A stretch of DNA of 64,000 nt from Candidatus Omnitrophota bacterium (GTDB lineage: Bacteria > Omnitrophota > Gorgyraeia > Tantalellales > Tantalellaceae), in the NCBI GenBank assembly GCA_015231405.1, contig JADGBR010000013.1, forward strand, positions 7,222-71,221, read 5' to 3'. The notes beneath the pieces are model-generated. The model was not told the DNA's origin and did no database searches. It saw only the letters and a list, made by a program, of their open reading frames with translations. The position numbers were made by a program, and so were the translations under genes. This document shows, in pieces, positions 39,669 to 49,175 of this stretch (within the stretch, counting starts at the first letter, position 1; every line of letters starts with the position of its first letter).

Positions 39669-40390
39669 AAGCGGTCATACTTGCCGCGGGAAAGGGAGTC
39701 AGGTTGGGAGAGCTGGTGAAGGATAGGCCTAAACCCATGCTGGAGGTGGGAGGTGAACCGGTGTTAAAATATTCCATTGAGGCGCTGGCGGCCCAGGGCA
39801 TACGGGAAATATATATTAACCTGTTCTATCTTGGCGAAGTGATCAGGGACTATTTCGGGGACGGCTCCGGGCTGGGCGTTAAGATCGAATACTCTTCGGA
39901 GAAAACGCTTCTCGGGACCGCGGGCGGCGTAAAAAAGATAGCCGGAGGGTTTAAAGAGCCGTTCATTGTTCTTTACGGGGATTCTTTCCGGACGGTTGAC
40001 CATAAAAAAATGGAGGCTTTACACCGGAAGACGGCGAGCATGGCGACGATAGCGGTATACAGGACGCCGACGCTGGAAAGATGCGGGATCGTGGAATTCG
40101 GGGACGATATGAGGATAACGGGTTTTTTGGAAAAACCGCTGAACTATGCGGGAAAGAGCGGGTATGCTAATGCCGGGGCGTATTGCCTAGACCCGCGGGC
40201 GCTTGAGCTGATCCCTGACGGCGTGGAGTACGATTTTGCCTCCCAGCTTTTTCCGTGTATCCTGTCAAGAGGCGGTAAGCTGTCGGCATTTATACTTGAA
40301 GAGCCGGTGTACGACATAGGAGTGCCTGAAGACCTGGAGAAGATAAGGAGCATGATGGGATCCGTTGGAAAGAAAGGATCTTTGAGATGA
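39665..40390 (+). CDS. sugar-1-phosphate nucleotidyltransferase (HddC-like heptose-1-P guanylyltransferase candidate)
   Basis: MKAVILAAGKGVRLGELVKDRPKPML NTP_transferase signature; context with GmhA/GmhB/GHMP kinase. Confidence 0.75.
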   Translation: MKAVILAAGKGVRLGELVKDRPKPMLEVGGEPVLKYSIEALAAQGIREIYINLFYLGEVIRDYFGDGSGLGVKIEYSSEKTLLGTAGGVKKIAGGFKEPFIVLYGDSFRTVDHKKMEALHRKTASMATIAVYRTPTLERCGIVEFGDDMRITGFLEKPLNYAGKSGYANAGAYCLDPRALELIPDGVEYDFASQLFPCILSRGGKLSAFILEEPVYDIGVPEDLEKIRSMMGSVGKKGSLR

Positions 40391-40995
40391 TAAAAGGATT
40401 TATTTCCCGGCTGGGGGACCATCCCCTGTGGAACTACTACATGCAGATCGCGGCGCATATGGGGGATTTCACATATTCCGACAGGATAAAAACGGCCCTC
40501 GCCCCCGAAAAGGGGGATAAGGTCCTGGACGCGGGTTGCGGGCTGGGGCTGTACAATATGCTTGCCGATTTTTACGTGGGGGTCGACAGCAACAAAGACC
40601 ATCTTGCCTGGGCGCGGAAACGGTTCGTGAAAGGAGAGAATAAATATTTTGTGGCGGGCGACCTCACGGAGGTCGAGTTCTCGTTCAAGGCTTTCGACAG
40701 GGCCATATGCAGCCGGGTGCTGCATCACCTGAGCGACGCGGGATCGGCGGCGCTCATAAAAAAACTGGCCAGGCTGACAAAAAAACGCGTCCTGTTCGTG
40801 GACCGCATACCCCCGGGCGAAAAAGCGACTGCCGGGGAAAAGTTTTTTTTAAAGCTCGAGAAAGGTCATTTCGTTAGGCCGCTCGAGGATACCATCAGGC
40901 TCATAGAGGAAGATTTTATTATAGAGAACGTAAGCAGGTTCATGAACAGGACAAGGACGGGTGAATGCGCCGTTATCCCGGCCGCGCCCAGATAG
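40387..40995 (+). CDS. class I SAM-dependent methyltransferase
   Basis: VLDAGCGLGLY motif I. Confidence 0.7.
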   Translation: MIKGFISRLGDHPLWNYYMQIAAHMGDFTYSDRIKTALAPEKGDKVLDAGCGLGLYNMLADFYVGVDSNKDHLAWARKRFVKGENKYFVAGDLTEVEFSFKAFDRAICSRVLHHLSDAGSAALIKKLARLTKKRVLFVDRIPPGEKATAGEKFFLKLEKGHFVRPLEDTIRLIEEDFIIENVSRFMNRTRTGECAVIPAAPR

Positions 40996-41003
40996 GAGAG
41001 AAA

Positions 41004-41993
41004 ATGATAATAACGCAGACCCCTTTCAGGATAACCCTTGGCGGAGGCGGGACAGATCTCCCGGCTTTTTATTCGAAGCACGGCGGTTTCCTGGTGACAT
41101 CCGCCATCAATAAATACGTTTACATAACAATAAACAGGCGGACCATAGACGATACTATATGGCTCTCATACTCGAAGATAGAGAAAAGGAAAAAGGTCGA
41201 CTCAATAAAACACGAGCTCATCCGCGAGGCCTTGAAAATGACAGGCATAAAGAACGGGATAGAGATACATTCAGTGACGGAGCTTTCCAGCGGGACGGGG
41301 CTCGGCTCATCGGGAAGTTTTACCGTGGGGCTTCTGAACGCTCTTCACACGTTCAAGAGGGAATACGCCCCGCACGCCCAGCTCGCGGAAGAGGCCTCAG
41401 GGATCGAGATAGGCACGCTGGGTAAACCCGTCGGCAAACAGGACCAGTATATCGCGGCGTTCGGAGGCATAATTTCGTTGGAGATTGACCGTAAAGGGGC
41501 CGTGACCGTAAAACCGCTGAATATCCAAGAGGCTGTGATAGAAGAGCTCGAGCGGCGGGTCATGCTGTTCTATACAGGAGTCACAAGGGAGTCCGCCTAT
41601 GTCCTTGCGGACCAGACGAAAGCCTGCGAAAGGGACGACAAAAAAGTGGTCGCTAACATGCGGAGGATCAAAGAGATAGGGTTGCTTTCGAAAAAGGCCC
41701 TGGAGGACGGAGACCTGGACGGGTTTGGCGCGTTATTACACGAGCATTGGGAGGTTAAAAAAGGCATATCGAACAAGGTGAGCTTTACCAAAGCCGACGA
41801 ACTTTACGAGTCTGCCAGGAAGAAAGGCGCTCTCGGCGGCAAGGTGATCGGCGCAGGCGGCGGGGGCTTCCTCATGGTCTTTTCCGGGGATAACCCGGCG
41901 GGATTGAGAGAAAGCCTCAAGACCATGGGGCTTAAAGAGATGAGGTTCCGATTTGATTTCGGCGGGACGAAAGTTATAGCCAATTTCTTTTGA
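41004..41993 (+). CDS. GHMP kinase (HddA-like D-glycero-D-manno-heptose 7-phosphate kinase candidate)
   Basis: TPFRITLGGGGTDLP and SGTGLGSSGSFTVGLL GHMP motifs. Confidence 0.75.
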   Translation: MIITQTPFRITLGGGGTDLPAFYSKHGGFLVTSAINKYVYITINRRTIDDTIWLSYSKIEKRKKVDSIKHELIREALKMTGIKNGIEIHSVTELSSGTGLGSSGSFTVGLLNALHTFKREYAPHAQLAEEASGIEIGTLGKPVGKQDQYIAAFGGIISLEIDRKGAVTVKPLNIQEAVIEELERRVMLFYTGVTRESAYVLADQTKACERDDKKVVANMRRIKEIGLLSKKALEDGDLDGFGALLHEHWEVKKGISNKVSFTKADELYESARKKGALGGKVIGAGGGGFLMVFSGDNPAGLRESLKTMGLKEMRFRFDFGGTKVIANFF

Positions 41994-42020
41994 AGGTCTT
42001 TTACCGGGCAAGGGGGGAAC

Positions 42021-42620
42021 GTGGACAATAAGGCGTACATCGACAACTATTTCGACGAAATGAAAGAGATCATAGAGAGGATCTCTCGGGAGGATATCGC
42101 GAGGTGCATCGAACTTCTCTTTAAGGCATGGTCCGATGGCCGGACAGTTTTCATAATGGGTAACGGCGGGTCGGCTTCCACGGCGACCCACTTCGTTTGC
42201 GACCTTGCGAAATGCACGGCAGTTGAGGGGAAAAAGAGGTTCAGGGTTATAGGGCTTACGGACAACATACCATGGGTGAGCGCTTTAACGAACGATAACG
42301 GGTTCGGGTCGATCTTCGAAGAGCAGCTGAAGAACCTCATGAATGACGGGGATGTGCTTATTGGAATAAGCGTTCACGGCGGAAGCGGTTCGGACAAGGC
42401 CGGGCTCTGGTCGCAGAATCTCATAAGGGCAATGCGCTACGTTAAGTCCCGCGGCGGCGTGAATATAGGTTTCAGCGGGTTCGACGGCGGGGCCATGAAA
42501 CAGGAGGCGGACCTTTCGCTGGTGGTCCCCTTTAATTCCACGCCTCAGGTGGAATCGTTCCACGTGGCGCTCGAGCATCTTATCTGTAACCGCTTGCGCG
42601 AAAGGATACAGGCGTCATGA
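42021..42620 (+). CDS. gmhA: phosphoheptose isomerase (SIS domain)
   Basis: GRTVFIMGNGGSASTATHFVCDL SIS motif; GTG start with RBS aagggggg. Confidence 0.8.
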   Translation: MDNKAYIDNYFDEMKEIIERISREDIARCIELLFKAWSDGRTVFIMGNGGSASTATHFVCDLAKCTAVEGKKRFRVIGLTDNIPWVSALTNDNGFGSIFEEQLKNLMNDGDVLIGISVHGGSGSDKAGLWSQNLIRAMRYVKSRGGVNIGFSGFDGGAMKQEADLSLVVPFNSTPQVESFHVALEHLICNRLRERIQAS

Positions 42621-43204
42621 ATAGAGCCGTATTTCTCGACAGGGACGGGGTGGTCAACCGGCTTGTGTACGACAGGGAACTGATGGATTATGACAGCCCG
42701 GTCAACGCGAGCCAGTTCCGGATCATATCGGGTGTCCCCGAAGCGGTAAAAAAGCTGAATGACGCCGGTTACAAGGTCATAATCGTTTCGAACCAGCCGG
42801 TGATAGCCAAAAGGAAAGCGACCCTGAAAGACCTCGATGGGATCAACGCGCGGATGGAAAGGGAGTTGCGGCGGAAACGCGCATTTTTGGACGATATCCG
42901 GTATTGCTATCATCACCCGGATATGGGAGCCAGGCCTTACAGGAGGAAATGCCGCTGCAGAAAACCCGCGCCGGGCCTAATTACGGGCGCCATGAAGGAA
43001 CACGGGATCGCTAAAAAAGGGTCTTTTCTGGTGGGCGACAATCTTACGGATATACTCGCCGGGAAAAGGGCCGGCGTTGAGACTATACTCATTACCGCGA
43101 TGAAATGCGAGCTGTGCGCTTTGATGGAGAAAATGGGCGCGAGGCCGGGCCATATAGTCAGTGACCTGGGTGAGGCGGTCAGGGTTATATTGAGGGGGGC
43201 ATAG
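42617..43204 (+). CDS. gmhB: D,D-heptose 1,7-bisphosphate phosphatase (HAD-IIIA)
   Basis: FLDRDGVVN HAD motif I, SNQP motif, Cys-rich zinc loop CYHHPD...CRCRKP. Confidence 0.75.
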   Translation: MNRAVFLDRDGVVNRLVYDRELMDYDSPVNASQFRIISGVPEAVKKLNDAGYKVIIVSNQPVIAKRKATLKDLDGINARMERELRRKRAFLDDIRYCYHHPDMGARPYRRKCRCRKPAPGLITGAMKEHGIAKKGSFLVGDNLTDILAGKRAGVETILITAMKCELCALMEKMGARPGHIVSDLGEAVRVILRGA

Positions 43205-43210
43205 GGCAGA

Positions 43211-43273
43211 GCGCATGGCGCATGGGGCATGGTGTAAGTTGTATTACCATGCTCCATGCGCCATGCTCCATGC
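43211..43273. terminator. strong hairpin (21-bp stem, 12-nt loop) after gmhB, built from GCATGG repeats
   Basis: gcgcatggcgcatggggcatggt / accatgctccatgcgccatgc; no U-tract so terminator role is inferred. Confidence 0.4.
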
Positions 43274-43303
43274 CGGAATCTAACAGAGAAGGAGAAGTGA
43301 CGG

Positions 43304-43984
43304 ATGAGCATGTTTATTGATACAGTTGATGTGAACGAGGTTGAGGAAATATCCGGGTGGGGGGTAGTATCGGGGTGCACGACCAATCCGCTCATTGTCG
43401 CGAACAATGCCTCGATCGGAGGGAAGCTGGACCTCAAAAAGCGTGTCATGTCCATCGTCGACGCTCTTAAAAAACCTGTCAGCGTCGAGCTCCTCTCCGA
43501 GAAGGCCGGCGAGATGGTAGAAGAGGCCAGGAAATACCATTCGTGGAACAGGGAATACATCAATATAAAGGTCCCGTTCAGCGCCGACGGGCTCAAGGTC
43601 ATAAATGTTCTGGAGCGGAAGGAAAATATCAGGACGAACGCCACGTGTATAATGTCTTTCAACCAGGCTCTTTTAGCGGCGCTCGCCGGGGCCACGTATG
43701 TCAGCATATTCGCGGGAAGGATCAGGGATATGGGATATGACCCGGCGCCCGTCATAAGCGATACGGCGGAGTTCATCTCATCGAGAGGGCTTTCGTCGAG
43801 CATTATCGTCGGCAGCGTCAGGCATATCATGGACGTGAACGATGCGTTCAAGGCAGGCGCTCACATAGTCACGGTAACGCCCGATATCCTCAGGAAGATG
43901 CTCCGTAACCCGAGGACGGAAGAGACCATAAAGGAATTCAACGATAAGTTCCATAGCGCGAGAGAAAAAGGCATGATAAGCTGA
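43304..43984 (+). CDS. transaldolase/fructose-6-phosphate aldolase family protein
   Basis: FIDTVDVNEVEE..GCTTNPLIV N-terminus typical of Tal/FSA subfamily. Confidence 0.7.
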   Translation: MSMFIDTVDVNEVEEISGWGVVSGCTTNPLIVANNASIGGKLDLKKRVMSIVDALKKPVSVELLSEKAGEMVEEARKYHSWNREYINIKVPFSADGLKVINVLERKENIRTNATCIMSFNQALLAALAGATYVSIFAGRIRDMGYDPAPVISDTAEFISSRGLSSSIIVGSVRHIMDVNDAFKAGAHIVTVTPDILRKMLRNPRTEETIKEFNDKFHSAREKGMIS

Positions 43985-43985
43985 T

Positions 43986-45245
43986 ATGACAAAGAGAACC
44001 ACTCTCATCATTTCGATGATGCTGGGCGCGTTCCTCATGGGAACGGTGTTCATTTTCGCGGTCAAGCCCTATCCGGGAGCGGATTTCGCCGTATACCAGA
44101 GGCTGGGGCATAATATCGCCGCCGGGCGGGGATATTCCCAGGAGATATCGGCGCCTTTCATCCCCGACGGCATGAGGGAGCCGCTTTACCCCATGTTCCT
44201 CGCGGTCGTCTACCGCCTGTTCGGCTTTAATGACGTCGCTGTGTATCTCATTCAGGCTCTTCTATATTCGCTCAGCGCGTTCATCCTTTACCGCGCTTCT
44301 TTGGAGATCGCGGACGAAAGGACATCTATCCTTGCCGGGTTCATATTCGCGCTTTGCCCTTTCACGGCGTATTATTGCGGCATGATATACGCCGAGATAC
44401 TCGCTACCTTTCTACTCGTAACGGTAACGTATCTTCTCACGCGTTATGTAAGAACGGGAGGGGTTTTAGCCCTCGTTATCGCGGGGCTGCTTACGGGATG
44501 TCTCATCCTGACTAAAAGGATGTATGTGTTCTACCCTTTCGCCGTAGCCGGTGCTCTTTTTCTGAGGAGGAGGCCGAATATCCGGCGTAAGGCCCTCGAG
44601 ATCATCGTTATTATTTTCACTATGGCAGCGGTTATGGCCCCATGGGCAATGAGGAATTACGCCACTTTCGGGAGGTTCATCCCGCTTGTCAACGGGTATG
44701 GGCCAGGGGTGTTTTTTTACATATCGACGGTACAGTTCAAGGGAAACCTGACCGGGGTGGGCTATGAAAATAATCCTCTTGTCCTGGAACAGTTCGAGCA
44801 GATGTTCCAGGAAGGAGGGTTCTCCCCTGCCGAAAAAGAGAGTTTCCCTTTTGTGCCGGGCTCGAGCGCCATATGTTTCAAATACGCCATTAAGAACATA
44901 CAGGACGACCCGGCGGATTATGTAGCGGGGCTTATAAAGAAGATCCCGAGGCTTTTTGTGCACGTTTATTCTCCGGGGCATGAACAGGGCCCGGTCTATA
45001 TTACCTCCGCCATCGCCCTCGCGATCTATGCGATAGGCTTATACGGCATTTGGGTTGCAAGGGCCAGTTGGAGAAAAATGGCGTTCTTTCTGCTGCCCAT
45101 AGTGTATCTGTCACTTACGGCCTTATTGACGGTCATGACCTCGAGGTACACCGTTCCGGCCAGGCCTCATCTCATGTTCTTCGCGGCCGCGGCGCTGATG
45201 TCGGCGTTAAACAGGAGGCGTGGTCCTTTTGAAAAAAAACTCTGA
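43986..45245 (+). CDS. GT-C fold membrane glycosyltransferase (ArnT/PMT_2-like)
   Basis: Multi-TM, N-terminal periplasmic-loop pattern ..GRGYS...REPLYPMFLAVVY..LLYSLSAFILY typical of family 39/83. Confidence 0.6.
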   Translation: MTKRTTLIISMMLGAFLMGTVFIFAVKPYPGADFAVYQRLGHNIAAGRGYSQEISAPFIPDGMREPLYPMFLAVVYRLFGFNDVAVYLIQALLYSLSAFILYRASLEIADERTSILAGFIFALCPFTAYYCGMIYAEILATFLLVTVTYLLTRYVRTGGVLALVIAGLLTGCLILTKRMYVFYPFAVAGALFLRRRPNIRRKALEIIVIIFTMAAVMAPWAMRNYATFGRFIPLVNGYGPGVFFYISTVQFKGNLTGVGYENNPLVLEQFEQMFQEGGFSPAEKESFPFVPGSSAICFKYAIKNIQDDPADYVAGLIKKIPRLFVHVYSPGHEQGPVYITSAIALAIYAIGLYGIWVARASWRKMAFFLLPIVYLSLTALLTVMTSRYTVPARPHLMFFAAAALMSALNRRRGPFEKKL

Positions 45246-46575
45246 AACGGGCCTTACGGTGTTTGTCGCCTCCGGGTGCCTCATCGGCGCGCTTTACTTC
45301 AGGTCGCCCGTAACGTTCGCCATGGCGCTCGTAACGGGCATAATATCGTGGGCGATAACGAAGTTGCCGTATGAACCGCGCGAAAAAACTTTTCTTGTGA
45401 GGATCTTCGCAGTTTCGGTACTGTCGAGGCTGGCAATATGTCTTTTAATATATTTCGAGTCGATACTCCGGGGCGGCGAGGGGAGTGTGTTCGACGATGA
45501 CGTCCTGTGGCCGCGCGCGGCGTGGATACTCTTCCGGTCATGGACCGGAGGACAGGCTTTCGCCGCCTGGAACGCCGGGAACGACCCCGCCCTTAATTCC
45601 GGCGAGTATTACTTAAGGTGTATCGCCGCACTTTATTCCGTTTTCGGATATTACTCTCCGCTTATCGCCAAATATTTCAATATAATCCAGGGATCGCTGG
45701 TCGCTCTCATGGTTTACGGCATAGCAAGGACGGTTTCAGGCCGTCCCGTAGCGCGGCTCAGCGCCGTTCTTACGGCGTTCCACCCGTCCCTGGTACTCTG
45801 GTCGGTCGTATCGCTCAAGGATATGAGCTGTATTTTTCTTTTGCTCCTTTCGGTATGGCTGTTCTACCGGTATCTTAACGGCGGGAAGAGATGGTCCGTC
45901 GCTTTTCCGCTCATACCGTTAGCCGCGCTTTTTACCGTAAGGCCGTTCATTGCCGTTATCGGCGCGTCGGCTTTAGCGACGGCTTATCTCGTTTCCCTGG
46001 AACGTCCGGTTAAGATCGCCGCGGCCGTTCTGGGAGGATACATTGTTCTTTTACTGGCATTAATGCCGGGGCCCGGAGTTAAAACGGCCGTGGAACGGGG
46101 TATGCAGGATGTAAATATGTCGAAGCTGCTCAGATATCATCGGGAGTATGTAAGGACGGGAGGAAATATTTACAGGATATTGCCCGCCGGATCATATCGC
46201 GTCAACACAGTTGAGTTCGGGTTCCCGGAGATCCTGATCGTTGAGGCAAAAGGGGTCTTTTATCTCCTCTCCGTGCCTTTCCCCTGGGCAGCCATGAACT
46301 GGTTCCAGCTGATCTCATCGCCACAGATGTTATGGTGGTACCTGGTCCTTTTCTTCTCAATAGCCGGTGTTTGTTCGATATCCGGGGATAGGTTCAGGCT
46401 GTTCTCCCCGATAATATTGGTTGGCGCCTCTCTTATTCTCGCGATGGCCATTTTCGAGGGGAATATCGGAACTGCCGCCAGGCACAGGGACGTGATAACG
46501 CCTTACGTTATTTTATTCGCTTCAATAGGCATGGTGAATTTTTTATACGGTCATGGGAAAAATATTACGGGATAA
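45220..46575 (+). CDS. polytopic membrane protein, tandem paralog A (GT-C/polymerase candidate)
   Basis: Shares GGEGSVFDDDV.WPR..W, ..SLKD.SCIF.. and EGNIGT..RHRD..TPY blocks with next ORF. Confidence 0.5.
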   Translation: MVLLKKNSETGLTVFVASGCLIGALYFRSPVTFAMALVTGIISWAITKLPYEPREKTFLVRIFAVSVLSRLAICLLIYFESILRGGEGSVFDDDVLWPRAAWILFRSWTGGQAFAAWNAGNDPALNSGEYYLRCIAALYSVFGYYSPLIAKYFNIIQGSLVALMVYGIARTVSGRPVARLSAVLTAFHPSLVLWSVVSLKDMSCIFLLLLSVWLFYRYLNGGKRWSVAFPLIPLAALFTVRPFIAVIGASALATAYLVSLERPVKIAAAVLGGYIVLLLALMPGPGVKTAVERGMQDVNMSKLLRYHREYVRTGGNIYRILPAGSYRVNTVEFGFPEILIVEAKGVFYLLSVPFPWAAMNWFQLISSPQMLWWYLVLFFSIAGVCSISGDRFRLFSPIILVGASLILAMAIFEGNIGTAARHRDVITPYVILFASIGMVNFLYGHGKNITG

Positions 46576-47902
46576 CACATTAAAAGTACCGGTAATGGCC
46601 GGGATGCTGGCGGGGTTATTGCTCTTTTTCTCGCCGTCCGCGTTCCTTTTACTTTCGGCCGCGGCTGTCGCGCTTGTAATTTTGGCAAGGATGGACATCC
46701 CTTTAAAGGAAAAACAATTCGTTACATATCTATTTCTGGCCGTATTGTTCATAAGGATGTTCTTGTCGGCTTCGGTCTACTCATTCATGCTGACCAAAGG
46801 AGGGGAAGGCAGCGTTTTCGACGACGATGTGGGATGGCCGCGTCTCGGGTGGGCGCTCTACGGGACTGTGACCGGGGAAGTGGATTATACGAAGCTCAAG
46901 AACTGCGAAATGCTCTCGGTCAACGAGCAGCGGCTTAAAGAAGGGTACCTTATCCTCATCGCTTCAGCTTACGGCGTCATAAGAAGTTATTCCCCGCTTT
47001 CGGCGAAATACATCAATGTCTTTCTTGGCGCGCTCAGCGTGGTCTTTTTATATGGCCTTGCGAGGAGGATGCTCGGCGAGAGAACGGCAAAATATACCGC
47101 GGTATGCGCGGCGTTTTTTCCGTCCATGACATTCTGGTCAATTGTGTCGCTCAAGGACACTTCATGCATTTTCGCGATCGTTCTTTTGTTCTGGTGCGTC
47201 GACAGGTACGCCAGGGAAAAGGTCTGGAAAGCGTTCTTTATCGCTCCTCTTCCGCTCATATTCCTCTTTACCATAAGGAAACAGCTGATGTATCTGGTTT
47301 TGTTTTCCGTGCTGACATCATGTTTTGTGAACCTGAGAATGAGATATAAAGTTGCCTGGCTTATCGCAGGACTCGTGGCGGCGGTCCTCTTTCTGCCGGC
47401 ACCCGTCAAGGCCAAAGCCTGGGGGTTCATTGAGGGGCAGATATCGCCCCGGGCTTGTTGGGTCGCGCAGAAAGGTTTTGTCGATTCCGGAGGCAATACG
47501 TACCGGATATTTCCGGATAAGTATTATGAATTCCTTTACCCGGGACCTATCGAGACCCTGGAAACGGCAAAAGCTTTATTCAAAGGCCTTTGGTACTTCC
47601 TGCTGGCGCCTTTCCCATGGGCGGTATGCAATAAGAGCCAGCTGGCAATAATGCCGCAGATGATGTTATGGTACCTCATGCTTCCCCTTGCGCTAAAGGG
47701 CATCATATTCGTGATGAGGACAAGGTTCAAAAGAAGCGTGATTGTTATATCTTTTGTCGGGGCAATGACGCTGTTCCTCGCCATGAGGGAAGGCAATATC
47801 GGGACGCTCGTCCGGCACAGGGACCAGATGACGCCGTATATTATAATGTTCGCCGCGGCAGGGTTCATAAAGCTCGGCACACGTTCCGGTGACGAGCTAT
47901 GA
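46553..47902 (+). CDS. polytopic membrane protein, tandem paralog B
   Basis: Paralog of 45220-46575 (same conserved blocks, same length). Confidence 0.5.
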   Translation: MGKILRDNTLKVPVMAGMLAGLLLFFSPSAFLLLSAAAVALVILARMDIPLKEKQFVTYLFLAVLFIRMFLSASVYSFMLTKGGEGSVFDDDVGWPRLGWALYGTVTGEVDYTKLKNCEMLSVNEQRLKEGYLILIASAYGVIRSYSPLSAKYINVFLGALSVVFLYGLARRMLGERTAKYTAVCAAFFPSMTFWSIVSLKDTSCIFAIVLLFWCVDRYAREKVWKAFFIAPLPLIFLFTIRKQLMYLVLFSVLTSCFVNLRMRYKVAWLIAGLVAAVLFLPAPVKAKAWGFIEGQISPRACWVAQKGFVDSGGNTYRIFPDKYYEFLYPGPIETLETAKALFKGLWYFLLAPFPWAVCNKSQLAIMPQMMLWYLMLPLALKGIIFVMRTRFKRSVIVISFVGAMTLFLAMREGNIGTLVRHRDQMTPYIIMFAAAGFIKLGTRSGDEL

Positions 47903-47933
47903 CCGGCTCGGCCGGAGGGAGAAGCAGGCAATA

Positions 47934-49175
47934 ATGCGGTTCAATAAACTATTACAGGTAAACCCAAGGGACCATTTTTATCGTGACGGGGCCGATAACG
48001 GGAAAAAGATCCGGGTGTGCCTGATAATGTCAACTTATTTGCCGGTATGGGGCGGTGTGCAGAGGCAGCTCGCCAGGCTAGCCGGATATTTCCCGCGTGA
48101 CAGGTTCGAGCTGGTATTATTAACGCGGAGTGTCCCCGGGGCGGCATCTTGCGAATTTTCAGACAATATGAAAATAATCAGGCTATTTGTGACTAACCGG
48201 ATAAAAGCTCTGGATCCGCTGTTATTCACTGCTTTTTCGCTTTGGTGGCTGATATGCAACAGATCGAAATTCGACGTGCTCCACTGTTTTCAGATCTATT
48301 CCCCGGCCATGATAGGCGTCATCGCCAGGAAGATACTCCGGGATAAGAAGGTCCTGGTCAAGGTCACGGCGTCCTGTGAGTTCGGCGAAGCAAGGGAGAT
48401 TAAAAGACTTCCTCTTTCCGGTTTAAGGATCAGGCTCCTTAAAGAGGTTGACTTGTTCGCTGTCATGAGCGGTAAGATGGCCGATGAGATCGCGGAACTT
48501 GGTATAGACCGTTCGAAGATAAAATACATCCCGAACGGCGTTATTTGCCCGGGAGAAAGCGCGTTCGACGCCGTTGTCAAAGAGAAGCGAAGAGCCATTC
48601 TCGGGATCAAAGGGGACGTGGTCGGCATATTCACCGGGAGGCTTTCGGCTGAAAAAAATATCGATAAATTGCTTTTTGCCTGGGATAAGGTAAGGGAGGA
48701 AAGAGAAGGCGCGGTACTTCTCATTCTTGGCGAAGGCGGGAATTACCGGAACGTAGAGAAGGAACTTTTAAAGATAAGCGGCGATCTCGGGCTGGGTGAC
48801 AGCGTCCTATTCCTGGGGCGGGTGGACAATGTGTACGACCACCTTCTCGCCTCCGATATATTTTTCCTGCCGTCGGTCTCCGAAGGGATGAGTAATTCTC
48901 TTCTTGAGGCCATGGCATGCGGCCTTGGCGTGATAGCCGGGGACAATGACGGGAACAGGACCCTTATCCGCGACGGGGTGAACGGGCTTATCGTCAACGG
49001 TAATGACGCCTGTGAAATAGCCGGCGCCGCGAAAAGGCTTATCGGGGACGCGAGCTTGAGGATATCGCTCGGGAAAGCGGCGAAACAAACCGTGATCGAA
49101 GCTTTTTCTATGCAAAAAGTCGCCGAAAGTTATGAAAACATTTACCGCGGGATGACGGCGAGGGCTGTCAGATGA
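47934..49175 (+). CDS. glycosyltransferase family 4
   Basis: GIFTGRLSAEKN...LEAMACGLGVIAGDNDG..LIRDGVNG; start uncertain (ORF open from 47889). Confidence 0.75.
   Translation: MRFNKLLQVNPRDHFYRDGADNGKKIRVCLIMSTYLPVWGGVQRQLARLAGYFPRDRFELVLLTRSVPGAASCEFSDNMKIIRLFVTNRIKALDPLLFTAFSLWWLICNRSKFDVLHCFQIYSPAMIGVIARKILRDKKVLVKVTASCEFGEAREIKRLPLSGLRIRLLKEVDLFAVMSGKMADEIAELGIDRSKIKYIPNGVICPGESAFDAVVKEKRRAILGIKGDVVGIFTGRLSAEKNIDKLLFAWDKVREEREGAVLLILGEGGNYRNVEKELLKISGDLGLGDSVLFLGRVDNVYDHLLASDIFFLPSVSEGMSNSLLEAMACGLGVIAGDNDGNRTLIRDGVNGLIVNGNDACEIAGAAKRLIGDASLRISLGKAAKQTVIEAFSMQKVAESYENIYRGMTARAVR

Noticed and set aside
42937-43851. 304-aa minus-strand ORF
   Set aside because: It spans gmhB, the intergenic hairpin and the transaldolase gene in antisense. 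It has no motifs.
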